From positions 6,178-70,177 of the forward strand of contig JAZNKK010000078.1 of the NCBI GenBank assembly GCA_045578545.1: a stretch of DNA of 64,000 nucleotides. The letters run 5' to 3'. Under the pieces are notes generated by a model. That model was not told where the DNA came from, did no database searches, and was given only the letters and a program-made list of their open reading frames with translations. This DNA is from Lachnospiraceae bacterium (lineage in GTDB: Bacteria > Bacillota > Clostridia > Lachnospirales > Lachnospiraceae). Position numbers and translations under genes: made by a program. This document shows, piece after piece, positions 38,611 to 47,849 of this stretch (position 1 is its first letter; each line of letters starts with the position of its first letter).

Positions 38611-40382
38611 GAGCAGTAAAGGATATTCTTACAAAAATCAATTACATTATGAGCCGGAAACAAAAGAGGCAATATGTTTTGGTTACATTGATTGCTTTAA
38701 TCGGTTCTTTATGGGAACTTTTGGGCGTCAGTGCAATTTTGCCGTTTGTGGAAGCCATTATGACGCCGGAGGTACTGGAGGGAACCTGGTATTATGCAAT
38801 TCTTGGCAGGTGGTTTCACCCGGAATCTACCATAGACGTTATTACGATTCTGGGTATTATGATTATCCTGGTATATATCTTGAAAAATATTTATTTGATG
38901 TTTTCTTCCTATGTACAGGCATGGTATTCCACCAGTGTACAGAGGGATTTATCCATCAAAATGAATGAGACTTTTTTAAACAGTTCTTATTTGTTTCATT
39001 TGAATGTCAATTCCGCGGTATTGATTCGAAGCATTAATCAGGATGTAGTAGGAGTATTTGCCGTATTCTTCTACCTGTTTCGTGTGTTGGCAGAGTTATT
39101 TACCATTGCGTCAATTAGTATCTATATTATTTATCTGGATCCGATTCTTGCCATTTCTTTGGTGGGGATTTTAGGTTCCTGTATGTTGATTTTGTTCTTT
39201 GGTTTGAAAAAACTTGTGAAGTCTTTTGGACGCATTGGACAGAACTGCGAAAGTCGGATGTTACAGTGCTTGACACAGGCCTTTAACGGAATCAAGGAAA
39301 TTATGGTAATGAATCGCCAAAAATACTTCTCGGATAGTTTTAACGAGGCCTGCTCTTTAAATGCAAGAGCAGCAAAGAGAAATAACTTTTTGAATGTTAT
39401 TCCTACCAATGTATATGAGATTGTATGTATCGGAGGCTTGATTGGTATTGTGGTTTTAAGACTTCATATTACCGATGATATTACAGGTTTTGTGACTAAA
39501 CTTGCGATTATCGCGGTGGCAGCCTTCCGTTTGTTCCCGGCAGTTAGCCGTCTTACCACCAATTTGAATGCCATTACTTATAATCGCCCCAGATTGGATT
39601 CCATGTACGATATGTTAAAAACCATTGAAAAAGAAACTACTTACCAGTATTCTTACGAGGAAGATGAAAGCAAAGAAAAGTTGGAATACAAAGAAAATCT
39701 GTTGATTGATAAGATTACATGGAAGTATCCCACCGGTCAGGAAGAGGTATTGAAAGACCTTTCCATTAACATAAAGAAGGGGCAGTCCATTGCCCTAATT
39801 GGTCCCTCCGGAGCAGGAAAAACGACCTTGGCGGATGTGGTGCTGGGACTATTGAAACCCCAAAAGGGACAAATTTTATTAGACGGAAAAGATGTGTATG
39901 AAAATTTGCCCGGTTGGTCCAAAATCATCGGTTATGTTCCTCAGGCAGTGTATTTGACGGATGATACCATTCGAAACAACGTAGCCTTTGGTATTTACGA
40001 AGATAAAATTGATGAAGAGAAAATATGGAAAGCCTTGGAAGAAGCACAGCTTGCTGAATTTGTAAGAGGCTTGGAAGAAGGCTTGGATACCATGGTTGGA
40101 GAGAGGGGCGTTCGTTTGTCCGGAGGACAGAGACAACGTATTGCCATTGCGCGGGCGCTTTATGAGAATCCGGAAATTTTGGTATTGGATGAGGCAACCA
40201 GTGCGTTGGATACCGAAACAGAAACCGCAGTAATGGAGTCTATCGATTCCCTTCACGGCACCAAGACAATGATTATTGTTGCTCACAGACTTACCACCAT
40301 CCGAAACTGTGATGCGATTTATGAAATCAAAGACGGAGTGGCAAACCAAAGAATAAAGGAAGAAGTGATTAACGAAGCATGA
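38607..40382 (+). CDS. ABC transporter, PglK/Wzk-like lipid-linked glycan flippase, copy 2
   Basis: WELLGVS, RLFPAVSRL, GPSGAGKTT, IGYVPQ, LSGGQRQR, LDEATSALD, AHRL. Confidence 0.88.
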   Translation: MRAVKDILTKINYIMSRKQKRQYVLVTLIALIGSLWELLGVSAILPFVEAIMTPEVLEGTWYYAILGRWFHPESTIDVITILGIMIILVYILKNIYLMFSSYVQAWYSTSVQRDLSIKMNETFLNSSYLFHLNVNSAVLIRSINQDVVGVFAVFFYLFRVLAELFTIASISIYIIYLDPILAISLVGILGSCMLILFFGLKKLVKSFGRIGQNCESRMLQCLTQAFNGIKEIMVMNRQKYFSDSFNEACSLNARAAKRNNFLNVIPTNVYEIVCIGGLIGIVVLRLHITDDITGFVTKLAIIAVAAFRLFPAVSRLTTNLNAITYNRPRLDSMYDMLKTIEKETTYQYSYEEDESKEKLEYKENLLIDKITWKYPTGQEEVLKDLSINIKKGQSIALIGPSGAGKTTLADVVLGLLKPQKGQILLDGKDVYENLPGWSKIIGYVPQAVYLTDDTIRNNVAFGIYEDKIDEEKIWKALEEAQLAEFVRGLEEGLDTMVGERGVRLSGGQRQRIAIARALYENPEILVLDEATSALDTETETAVMESIDSLHGTKTMIIVAHRLTTIRNCDAIYEIKDGVANQRIKEEVINEA

Positions 40383-41521
40383 GAATTCTCTTTATCACCC
40401 ATTACGATAACATGTATGGCGCCAATAAAGCACTGTTTCAGTTAATTAAATTATTGAAAACGGAGTATGGGGAAGAACCGATGCTGGTGATTCCAGGGGA
40501 AGGAGAGATGAGCCGGGAATTGAAAAAAATAGGAGTTCCCTGTATTATTTCACCCATTACTCAGTGGCAGGCAGTGTATACATCGCCAATGCGTTTCTTC
40601 GTGAAAAAGATTCTGCGAAGAAAACAGATTGCCGCAGAAACAGAAGAATTGTATCAGCGTTTAAAGGATTGCAAGATTGACGTGATTCATTCGAATTCCA
40701 GCGTAATTGGCCATGGTGCAGTTTTGGCAAAAAAATTAAATTGTAAGCATCTTTGGCATATTCGGGAGTTTTCCAAGGAACACTTTGGTATGAAATATTT
40801 CTATTCTTCCAAAAGGGTAAAGGAGTATTATGAAACGGCGGATTGCCTCATTACCATTTCCGACAGTTTAAAAGAAAACTATCAGGAAAAATATCCTGGA
40901 GCTCATATCCTTCGAATTTACGATGGTGTCAGCATGGAGGTATCGGAAGCAAACAGAAACAAAGCGGATGAGATTGTGCGATTTTGTTACGTAGGTTATT
41001 TTTTCCCGATGAAAAGACAACTTTCTTTGCTGAAAGCCTGTAGAAAATTAAAAGAACAAGGAATTCGTAATTTTGAATTATATCTTGTGGGCGAGGGTAA
41101 GGAAGAGTATACGAAAGAATTGCAGTCCTATATTGAAAAACATCGGTTAGAGGAAGTGAAGCTACCGGGGTACCAGAAAGATGTTTCCTCTTTTTTGAAA
41201 AAGATGGATGTGGGAATGATTGCTTCCAAATACGAAGGATTCGGATTAGTGACAGTGGAGTACATGTTACACGGTCTTCCGGTAATCGGTTATCGAAGCG
41301 GCGGTACATCAGAAATTGTTTTGGATGAAATCACCGGCATCTTATATGAAGAGGAAGATAAGCTGGTGGCTTCCATGAAACGGTTGATAGAGGATGAAGA
41401 TTTGCGAAAAAAAATGGGAGAGGCCGGCAAAAATAGGGCGGTTACCAATTTTACCGGAAATCAGAACGCCAAGGAAATTGCCCTTTTGTATCAAAAAATT
41501 AAAAAAGGAGAACGGTTGTGA
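40379..41521 (+). CDS. GT4 glycosyltransferase
   Basis: YGANKAL, HSNSS, WHIREF, SKYEGFGLVTVEYM. Confidence 0.88.
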   Translation: MRILFITHYDNMYGANKALFQLIKLLKTEYGEEPMLVIPGEGEMSRELKKIGVPCIISPITQWQAVYTSPMRFFVKKILRRKQIAAETEELYQRLKDCKIDVIHSNSSVIGHGAVLAKKLNCKHLWHIREFSKEHFGMKYFYSSKRVKEYYETADCLITISDSLKENYQEKYPGAHILRIYDGVSMEVSEANRNKADEIVRFCYVGYFFPMKRQLSLLKACRKLKEQGIRNFELYLVGEGKEEYTKELQSYIEKHRLEEVKLPGYQKDVSSFLKKMDVGMIASKYEGFGLVTVEYMLHGLPVIGYRSGGTSEIVLDEITGILYEEEDKLVASMKRLIEDEDLRKKMGEAGKNRAVTNFTGNQNAKEIALLYQKIKKGERL

Positions 41522-42420
41522 TTATTGTTCGTTTTCATGGCGGATTGGGAAACCAGATGTTTCAATATGCCTTTTACCAGTATATGAAAAAAAAGTATCC
41601 CGGGCACTTAAAAGCGGATATTACCTGGTTTGACCGAAACTATAAGGAACACCAGGGCTATGAACTGGAAAAAGTGTTTGGAATACAGATGCCCTATGCG
41701 TCCTATGAAGAAATTGCAAGAGTACATCAATATTTTCCAAGATATTATCCCTTTGCCTTTCTTCGGTATTTTTCCCGAAAGAATGCTGCGCGAAAAAATA
41801 GAAAAAGAAAAAAGGATACCTCAGCGTCACATATTTTCGATTTTGGAGAAACCCAGTATCGAAAGAATGAAGTGTTTGAGGATTTGGATATCAAAAAAGA
41901 TTGGTACATCGAGGGTGTTTTTTGCTCCGATGAATACTTAAAAGAATGTGAAAAGGAAATTAAAGCGGCATTTTCCTTCCCGAAGCAGACCGATGAAAAG
42001 ATAGTTCGGTTGCAACAGGAGATGAGAAAGGAAAACAGTGTGGCCATCCATGTACGGCGTGGTGACTACGTGGGCACTGTATTTGATGTCCTCGGCAGTG
42101 ATTATTACCGACGTGCCATCGAATATATTTGTGAGAAGACAGAGAATCCTAAGTTTTATATCTTTTCGGATGATATGGAGTATATTCAAAAGGAGTTTTC
42201 TTTTTTGGAGAACTATACCCCGGTGCATAACGAGGGAAAGGCCAGTTATACGGATATGATGTTGATTTCCGGCTGCAAGCATGCGATTATTGCAAACAGT
42301 TCATTTAGTTATTGGGGCGCGGTGCTGGGAGAAAAAGAGGGAAGCATAGTGATAGCACCAAAAAAGTATAAGGCCGATGAAGAAGTGTCATTGGCCAGAG
42401 AAAATTGGATTTTAATGTAA
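41518..42420 (+). CDS. GT11 alpha-1,2-fucosyltransferase-like protein
   Basis: GGLGNQMFQYA, AIHVRRGDY, FSDD and CKHAIIANSSFSYWGA are the canonical GT11 motifs. Confidence 0.9.
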   Translation: MIIVRFHGGLGNQMFQYAFYQYMKKKYPGHLKADITWFDRNYKEHQGYELEKVFGIQMPYASYEEIARVHQYFPRYYPFAFLRYFSRKNAARKNRKRKKDTSASHIFDFGETQYRKNEVFEDLDIKKDWYIEGVFCSDEYLKECEKEIKAAFSFPKQTDEKIVRLQQEMRKENSVAIHVRRGDYVGTVFDVLGSDYYRRAIEYICEKTENPKFYIFSDDMEYIQKEFSFLENYTPVHNEGKASYTDMMLISGCKHAIIANSSFSYWGAVLGEKEGSIVIAPKKYKADEEVSLARENWILM

Positions 42421-42439
42421 CAAATCAGGGAGGCCCGAT

Positions 42440-43384
42440 ATGAGCTTTGAATGGAAATATAAAAGAATCTATTGGAAAATACGTAAATTTATGGATGTTC
42501 ATATGGGGATTCATCATCATAACGGAAAATATTATGATAAAAAAATTCTGTCCATTCAGGAAACCAACGAGCAATTAGAGAAACTGATTTTATCCGGAAA
42601 GCCCTTTGCCGCCGGAAGAATCGGTGGGACGGAATTAAAAGCTATGATTGCCTGTCATCCGGAGGAGGAGAAAAAAGAGAAGCAAAAAGCCGACGCAAAA
42701 GTTTTATTGAGTTGCTTATCGGGGTTTTACGGCGATATGCAAGCATTTGAAGAATTTAATGAAGTAATGAAAAAATCTCTTGAAAAAATGGATTTGATTG
42801 GAGTTTGGTTTAATCAGATGGAAGACTATATGATTAAACACTATGGAAACTCAGAACTTGTATGTGGCAGATTGGAAGGATTAGAACCATGGTATTGTAA
42901 AGATGTGCCATGGAGTCGGAGTTTGAAGGGGAAAAAGATTGTTTGTATTCATCCTTTTAGAGATAGTATACTTAGCCAGTACAAAAAGCGAGAAAAAATA
43001 TTTCCCGGAACTGAAATTTTGCCGGAATTTGAATTAAGGTGTGTGAAAGCGGTACAAACGTTAGTGGATAATGAAGATGAAAGATTCTCCTCTTGGTTTG
43101 ATGCACTGGACTACATGTATGAAGAAACGATGAAAGAAGATTTTGATATTGCATTGATTGCCTGCGGTGCTTATGGTCTTCCTTTGGCGGCAAGAATAAA
43201 AGAGGCAGGAAAGCAGGCGATTCATGTGGGCGGTGCGTTACAACTTTTGTTTGGCGTGAAAGGTCGTCGCTGGGATGATTTTTCACAGCTAAAAGATATT
43301 TATAATGATGCTTGGAGTTATCCTTTGGATTGCGATCATTTAAAGCAGGGAAGTGAGACTGTAGAGAACAAATGTTACTGGTAA
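42440..43384 (+). CDS. Conserved glycan-locus protein, possible GT-D-like glycosyltransferase
   Basis: GRIGGTE, LEPW...PW, DFDIALIACGAYGLPLA, HVGGALQLLFG, VENKCYW. I recognise this from capsule loci, but the fold call is inference. Confidence 0.55.
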   Translation: MSFEWKYKRIYWKIRKFMDVHMGIHHHNGKYYDKKILSIQETNEQLEKLILSGKPFAAGRIGGTELKAMIACHPEEEKKEKQKADAKVLLSCLSGFYGDMQAFEEFNEVMKKSLEKMDLIGVWFNQMEDYMIKHYGNSELVCGRLEGLEPWYCKDVPWSRSLKGKKIVCIHPFRDSILSQYKKREKIFPGTEILPEFELRCVKAVQTLVDNEDERFSSWFDALDYMYEETMKEDFDIALIACGAYGLPLAARIKEAGKQAIHVGGALQLLFGVKGRRWDDFSQLKDIYNDAWSYPLDCDHLKQGSETVENKCYW

Positions 43385-44544
43385 GGGAAGATGCAGAAAA
43401 AAATAAAATAGAGCGTTTGGCAGAAAATTTTTTCTGGTTTGGAATGTTTTGTGAACTCGTGGTTTCCTTTTCCGGCTATGCCTATGGAGGTTACAAGGAA
43501 CCAATCATCATTGTTTTGGGAATGGCGTGTTTTTGTGTAAAGATTTTGCTGACGGCTCATTGGAAACGCGATTTGGCATTTTTTTTCCTCCTGGGATTGT
43601 ATGGAATGGCATGCTATCATTTTCAGAATTCGGCGCTGATTCTGCGTATTGCTTTGATTCTCTTAGCGGGACGGGATATGAACCGGGAAAAGGTGGTAAA
43701 ACTGTTCTTTTGGGGAACATTGGCGGTCGTGCTGGTAACGGGAATATTATCCGTTCTTGGAATGCATAACGAATTGTATATGGCTGGGTTGTTTCGAAAT
43801 GAAACGGAACGAAGGTTTTGCTTTGGCTTTTTCCATCCGAATGGTTTTTCCTTTTTTGTATTTCGATTACTGGCCTTTGGATTATATTTGTACGGTAAGC
43901 AGTTGCGGCTTTGGCAGAGCACCGTTATTTTTTGCGCTACCTTTTTCTTGATTTTGTTATCCAATTCCAAAATGGGAATCGCCATCACCTTGGCATGCTT
44001 CATCGGCTATTGCTTTATAAAGTATTACAAGGGGGAAAACCGAAATCGAATTGTTTATTATTGCGGAAATACACTCTTTTTGTTGGAACTAATTTTGATT
44101 ATGATTTCCGGTTTTTTTATGAAAGTAAGTTATGCAGAAATGCATGTGGAAAATGCAGGATTGCGGTTTTTAAACGAAATGACAAGCGGTCGCCTTGCCT
44201 TTGTCAGTAAAACCTTCCATGAGTATCGACCTACTTTCTTCGGATACCGTGATTTTATGGAGGCAACGGAGGTTGGATTTGTAAATACCCTTTATAACGA
44301 AGGAATCTTGTTCTTTGTTTTGTATTTGATAATTTTGTTTTGGATATATCGCAGATTATATTGTGAAAACAATGCCTGGGGAATGCTGTTGGTATTAGGG
44401 TTTTCTGCCTATTCCTTTGCAGAGGCGTTTATCCCTTATGTGAATAAAAACGGAGTTTGGTTTATGCTGATTGGGATTGATTTTATTTCTGTTTTATTAA
44501 ACCAATGGAAAGGACGAAAGAAGCATGAAGAAAATCAAGATTAA
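43372..44544 (+). CDS. wzy: Wzy-like polysaccharide polymerase
   Basis: About 11 TMs with RRFCFGFFHPN, SNSK, TSGRL and NTLYNEG, the pattern of Gram-positive Wzy proteins. Confidence 0.65.
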   Translation: MLLVREDAEKNKIERLAENFFWFGMFCELVVSFSGYAYGGYKEPIIIVLGMACFCVKILLTAHWKRDLAFFFLLGLYGMACYHFQNSALILRIALILLAGRDMNREKVVKLFFWGTLAVVLVTGILSVLGMHNELYMAGLFRNETERRFCFGFFHPNGFSFFVFRLLAFGLYLYGKQLRLWQSTVIFCATFFLILLSNSKMGIAITLACFIGYCFIKYYKGENRNRIVYYCGNTLFLLELILIMISGFFMKVSYAEMHVENAGLRFLNEMTSGRLAFVSKTFHEYRPTFFGYRDFMEATEVGFVNTLYNEGILFFVLYLIILFWIYRRLYCENNAWGMLLVLGFSAYSFAEAFIPYVNKNGVWFMLIGIDFISVLLNQWKGRKKHEENQD

Positions 44545-45523
44545 TTTTGTTGATTTCTGGCCGGATTTAGTAAAAGAGGATAATTTCTTTTATCGCATTT
44601 TAAAAAAACACTATGAGATTGAAATCAGCGAGGAGCCGGACTATCTGTTTTGCAGTTGTTTTGGCAACAAACATTTTAAGTATCAAAATTGTGTGAAAAT
44701 ACTGTTCCTCGGAGAAAATATTGTTCCGGATTTTAATCTTTATGACTATGCCATGGGATTTCATTATATTGATTTTGAAGATCGTTATCTCAGGCTTCCG
44801 TTGTACGTGCTATATGAGGAACGCATACCGGATGCTCTAAAAAAACATCAGTATCCGGAGGAATATTATTTGAATAAGAAAAAATTCTGTAATTTTGTGG
44901 TATCCAATCCCAATGCGGCGGGAGAACGGGAAACTATGTTGGATATTCTTAATTCGTATCAGACTGTGGATTCCGGAGGGAGATACCGCAATAATGTGGG
45001 AGGACCGGTAAAGGACAAAAATGCATTTGTGAAGCAATATCGCTTTTCTCTTGCATTTGAGAATTCCACCATGAGTGGCTACACCACGGAAAAAATCATG
45101 GAAGCCTTTGCGGGAGATACCATTCCGATTTATTGGGGGAGTCCCAGAATTGCGGAAGAATTTAATCCCAAAGCATTTATCAATTGCCATGTGTTCTCTT
45201 CTTTAGAAAAAGTTTTGGATAAAGTAAAAGAAGTTAACGAAAACGAGGAATTGTATTTAGAAATGATAAAGGCGCCTATTATAACAGAGGATAGTCAGGC
45301 GAAAAAATATTTAGAACCGGATTATGCAGAAAAATTTCTTCTTTCTGTGGTGGAACAGGAAAAGGAGCAGGCGATTCGTAGAAATATGGTGTATATGGGG
45401 CGGGAGTATCAACAAAAGATGAAGGATGCCAAAAAGATACAGGCAGTCTTGGATGTGGTAAAGAAACCCATGCACCAAATTAATAAAGTAAAGGCACAGG
45501 CTCTTTCCAAATCAAAAAAATAG
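44525..45523 (+). CDS. GT10 alpha-1,3/4-fucosyltransferase-like protein (Helicobacter FutA-like)
   Basis: FVDFW, GENIVPDFNLYDYAMGF, DRYLRLPLY, FCNFVVSN, VDSGG, YRFSLAFENS...GYTTEKI...IPIYWG. Confidence 0.9.
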   Translation: MKKIKINFVDFWPDLVKEDNFFYRILKKHYEIEISEEPDYLFCSCFGNKHFKYQNCVKILFLGENIVPDFNLYDYAMGFHYIDFEDRYLRLPLYVLYEERIPDALKKHQYPEEYYLNKKKFCNFVVSNPNAAGERETMLDILNSYQTVDSGGRYRNNVGGPVKDKNAFVKQYRFSLAFENSTMSGYTTEKIMEAFAGDTIPIYWGSPRIAEEFNPKAFINCHVFSSLEKVLDKVKEVNENEELYLEMIKAPIITEDSQAKKYLEPDYAEKFLLSVVEQEKEQAIRRNMVYMGREYQQKMKDAKKIQAVLDVVKKPMHQINKVKAQALSKSKK

Positions 45524-45542
45524 TAGGAGTAAATAGGTTAAT

Positions 45543-46892
45543 ATGAAACAGGTAAAGGAACAAAACAAAAATTGGTATGCTATCATGATGGTGGTAAACG
45601 GAATCTTCTTTTTCCTGCTCCATTTGACCTTTGTGGGATTTACCAACGATGATTCGTATTTTGTAGCCTTACGAAGTGAATGGAACTCTTTGTGGGATTT
45701 GTTGGTTCATCGTTATGAAACGGATTCTTCAAGAGTCTTGTCGGAAGCAATTTTGTTTACGTTGATTGACATGCCGTTTTGGGTTTGGCAGATTTTAGAT
45801 ACTCTGATTTGCATTTTGTTGTATCATTCACTCTCGGTTATTTTAATTGGAGAGAAAAAAGACAAACATCATATTTTACTGTTCCTGATTGTGGCAATGT
45901 ATCCTTACATGCATGTTGGCTCAGCCGGATGGATTTGTACTTCGCTTAATTATATGTGGCCGTTAGCTACCCTTTTGTATGTACTCAGCGGAGCGGTAAG
46001 ACGCTACCGTGGAGAACGGGTTTCTTGGTTACAGTATGTTGGCTATACATTGGCAATGATTTTTACGGCTAATTGTGAAATGTCTGCCACAATGTTATTT
46101 TTGACGTTGGCCATGGCAATTTGGTTTGCAATATGGGAAAAACGAAAATGCAGCTATGAGATATTTGGCACGGTAATCGGAATCGCCGGAATCGTATTTG
46201 CTATGAGTGCTCCCGGAAATGATGAAAGAACCATTATGGAAGCAGAAAACTGGATGCCGGAATTTTTTGATTTAAATATTTTAGAAAAAGCAAGGCTATG
46301 TGCAGTATTCGTTTTTGAACATTTTGTAGCCATTCCGGACGTGATTTTCTTCCTTTTTTCTTTGCTGGTGGCTTATGAGGGAATTAAAGTTGCCCAAAGA
46401 AAGCGGGATAAAGTGATGGCACTTTTACCGGTGTGTATTGATGTGATTTATACCGGTTGCTATTTTGTGAAAGATTTTCTGATCGGGAAAAAGACCCGCT
46501 ATGATTTTGCGTATCCGGCGATTTATATGACCGACGGAAAAATCATGTTTGTTCAAATGGCAGAAGTGATTGGTCTTATCGCCTTTATTATTGCATCGGT
46601 TTATACCTTATGGAGAATTTATCCGCAGCTAAAGTTAAAACTGGCTGCAATTTGGGCACTGGGGTGCGGGTTTGCTGTTCGAATGGCACTGATGCTGAGC
46701 CCGACCATGTTTTCTTCCTGGCACAGAACCTTGATTTTTATGTATTTTGCTTTTATGGTGAATATTTTCCTTATGGCAAAAAAATGTGAGAAGCCGTGGA
46801 TGAAAAAAGTGATTTATACGATTCTGGTTATCGGAATCATTGTAAATTTAATCTTGACTATAGGATTACAAATTAGAAAGGGAATGGGATAA
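45543..46892 (+). CDS. Polytopic membrane protein, putative GT-C (DUF6056-like) glycosyltransferase
   Basis: TNDDSYF first-loop motif, RY...SSR, GWICTSLNYMWP, APGN, LSPTMF. It is translationally coupled to a GtrB-like gene. Confidence 0.65.
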   Translation: MKQVKEQNKNWYAIMMVVNGIFFFLLHLTFVGFTNDDSYFVALRSEWNSLWDLLVHRYETDSSRVLSEAILFTLIDMPFWVWQILDTLICILLYHSLSVILIGEKKDKHHILLFLIVAMYPYMHVGSAGWICTSLNYMWPLATLLYVLSGAVRRYRGERVSWLQYVGYTLAMIFTANCEMSATMLFLTLAMAIWFAIWEKRKCSYEIFGTVIGIAGIVFAMSAPGNDERTIMEAENWMPEFFDLNILEKARLCAVFVFEHFVAIPDVIFFLFSLLVAYEGIKVAQRKRDKVMALLPVCIDVIYTGCYFVKDFLIGKKTRYDFAYPAIYMTDGKIMFVQMAEVIGLIAFIIASVYTLWRIYPQLKLKLAAIWALGCGFAVRMALMLSPTMFSSWHRTLIFMYFAFMVNIFLMAKKCEKPWMKKVIYTILVIGIIVNLILTIGLQIRKGMG

Positions 46893-47818
46893 TGGCACTT
46901 TTATCAATCGTGGTACCGTGCTATAACGAAGAGACGGTAATTGAACAATTTTATGAAGTGACAGAGGAACGATTAAAAGATTTGTCCGTGGAAAAAGAGT
47001 ATATTTTTGTGGATGATGGTTCTAAGGATACGACACTGGAAAAATTAAAAAATCTGTGTAAAGAGAAAAGCAATGCGCATTTTGCTTCTTTTTCCAGAAA
47101 TTTCGGAAAAGAAGCCGCAATATTTGCAGGTCTTCACGAAGCAAAGGGAGATGCGGTTGTGGTGCTGGATGCGGATTTACAACATCCGCCTGAGGTAATA
47201 ATGGAAATGGTTTCTCTCTGGAAACAAGGATATGAGGTGGTGGAAGGGGTTAAATCTTCCCGAGGAAAAGAGTCGTTATTTCATAAAATGCTGGCAGGTT
47301 CCTTTTATAAAATGATAAGTGGATTTATGGGCATTGATATGAACAATACCTCAGATTACAAATTGATGGACCGCAAAGTGGTAGATGTACTTTGCGCTTT
47401 GAAGGAACGAAATACGTTTTTTAGAGCATTGTCCTTCTGGGTCGGTTTTCGGACAACCAGTGTGGAATACGAAGTACAGGAACGCGTAGCGGGAGAGACC
47501 AAGTGGTCGTTTTTCTCGTTAATAAAGTATGCGTTTCGTAATTTGATTTCCTTTACGTTTGCACCGCTTTACATGATTGTTACCGTAGGAGTTCTTTTCT
47601 TGATTGGCGGCTTGGCATTGGCGATTGATGCTATCGTGGATTATTTTATGGGAGCAGCGGTGGCAGGTTATCCCACGACCATTGTTTTGCAGGTAATTTC
47701 CACGGGATGTATTTTATTCTCCATTGGTATTGTGGGAATATATATTGCAAAAATTTATGATGAAATCAAAGAGCGTCCCCAGTACATTATTCGGGAAAGG
47801 GATTCTTCGGATAAATAA
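46892..47818 (+). CDS. GT2 bactoprenol glycosyltransferase (GtrB/CsbB-like)
   Basis: VPCYNEE, VDDGSKD, FSRNFGKEAA, DADLQHPP, two TMs, YIAKIYDEIKERPQYII. Confidence 0.9.
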   Translation: MALLSIVVPCYNEETVIEQFYEVTEERLKDLSVEKEYIFVDDGSKDTTLEKLKNLCKEKSNAHFASFSRNFGKEAAIFAGLHEAKGDAVVVLDADLQHPPEVIMEMVSLWKQGYEVVEGVKSSRGKESLFHKMLAGSFYKMISGFMGIDMNNTSDYKLMDRKVVDVLCALKERNTFFRALSFWVGFRTTSVEYEVQERVAGETKWSFFSLIKYAFRNLISFTFAPLYMIVTVGVLFLIGGLALAIDAIVDYFMGAAVAGYPTTIVLQVISTGCILFSIGIVGIYIAKIYDEIKERPQYIIRERDSSDK

Positions 47819-47849
47819 GTAGAAATTGTAATATGGAAAGGTTGTTTTT

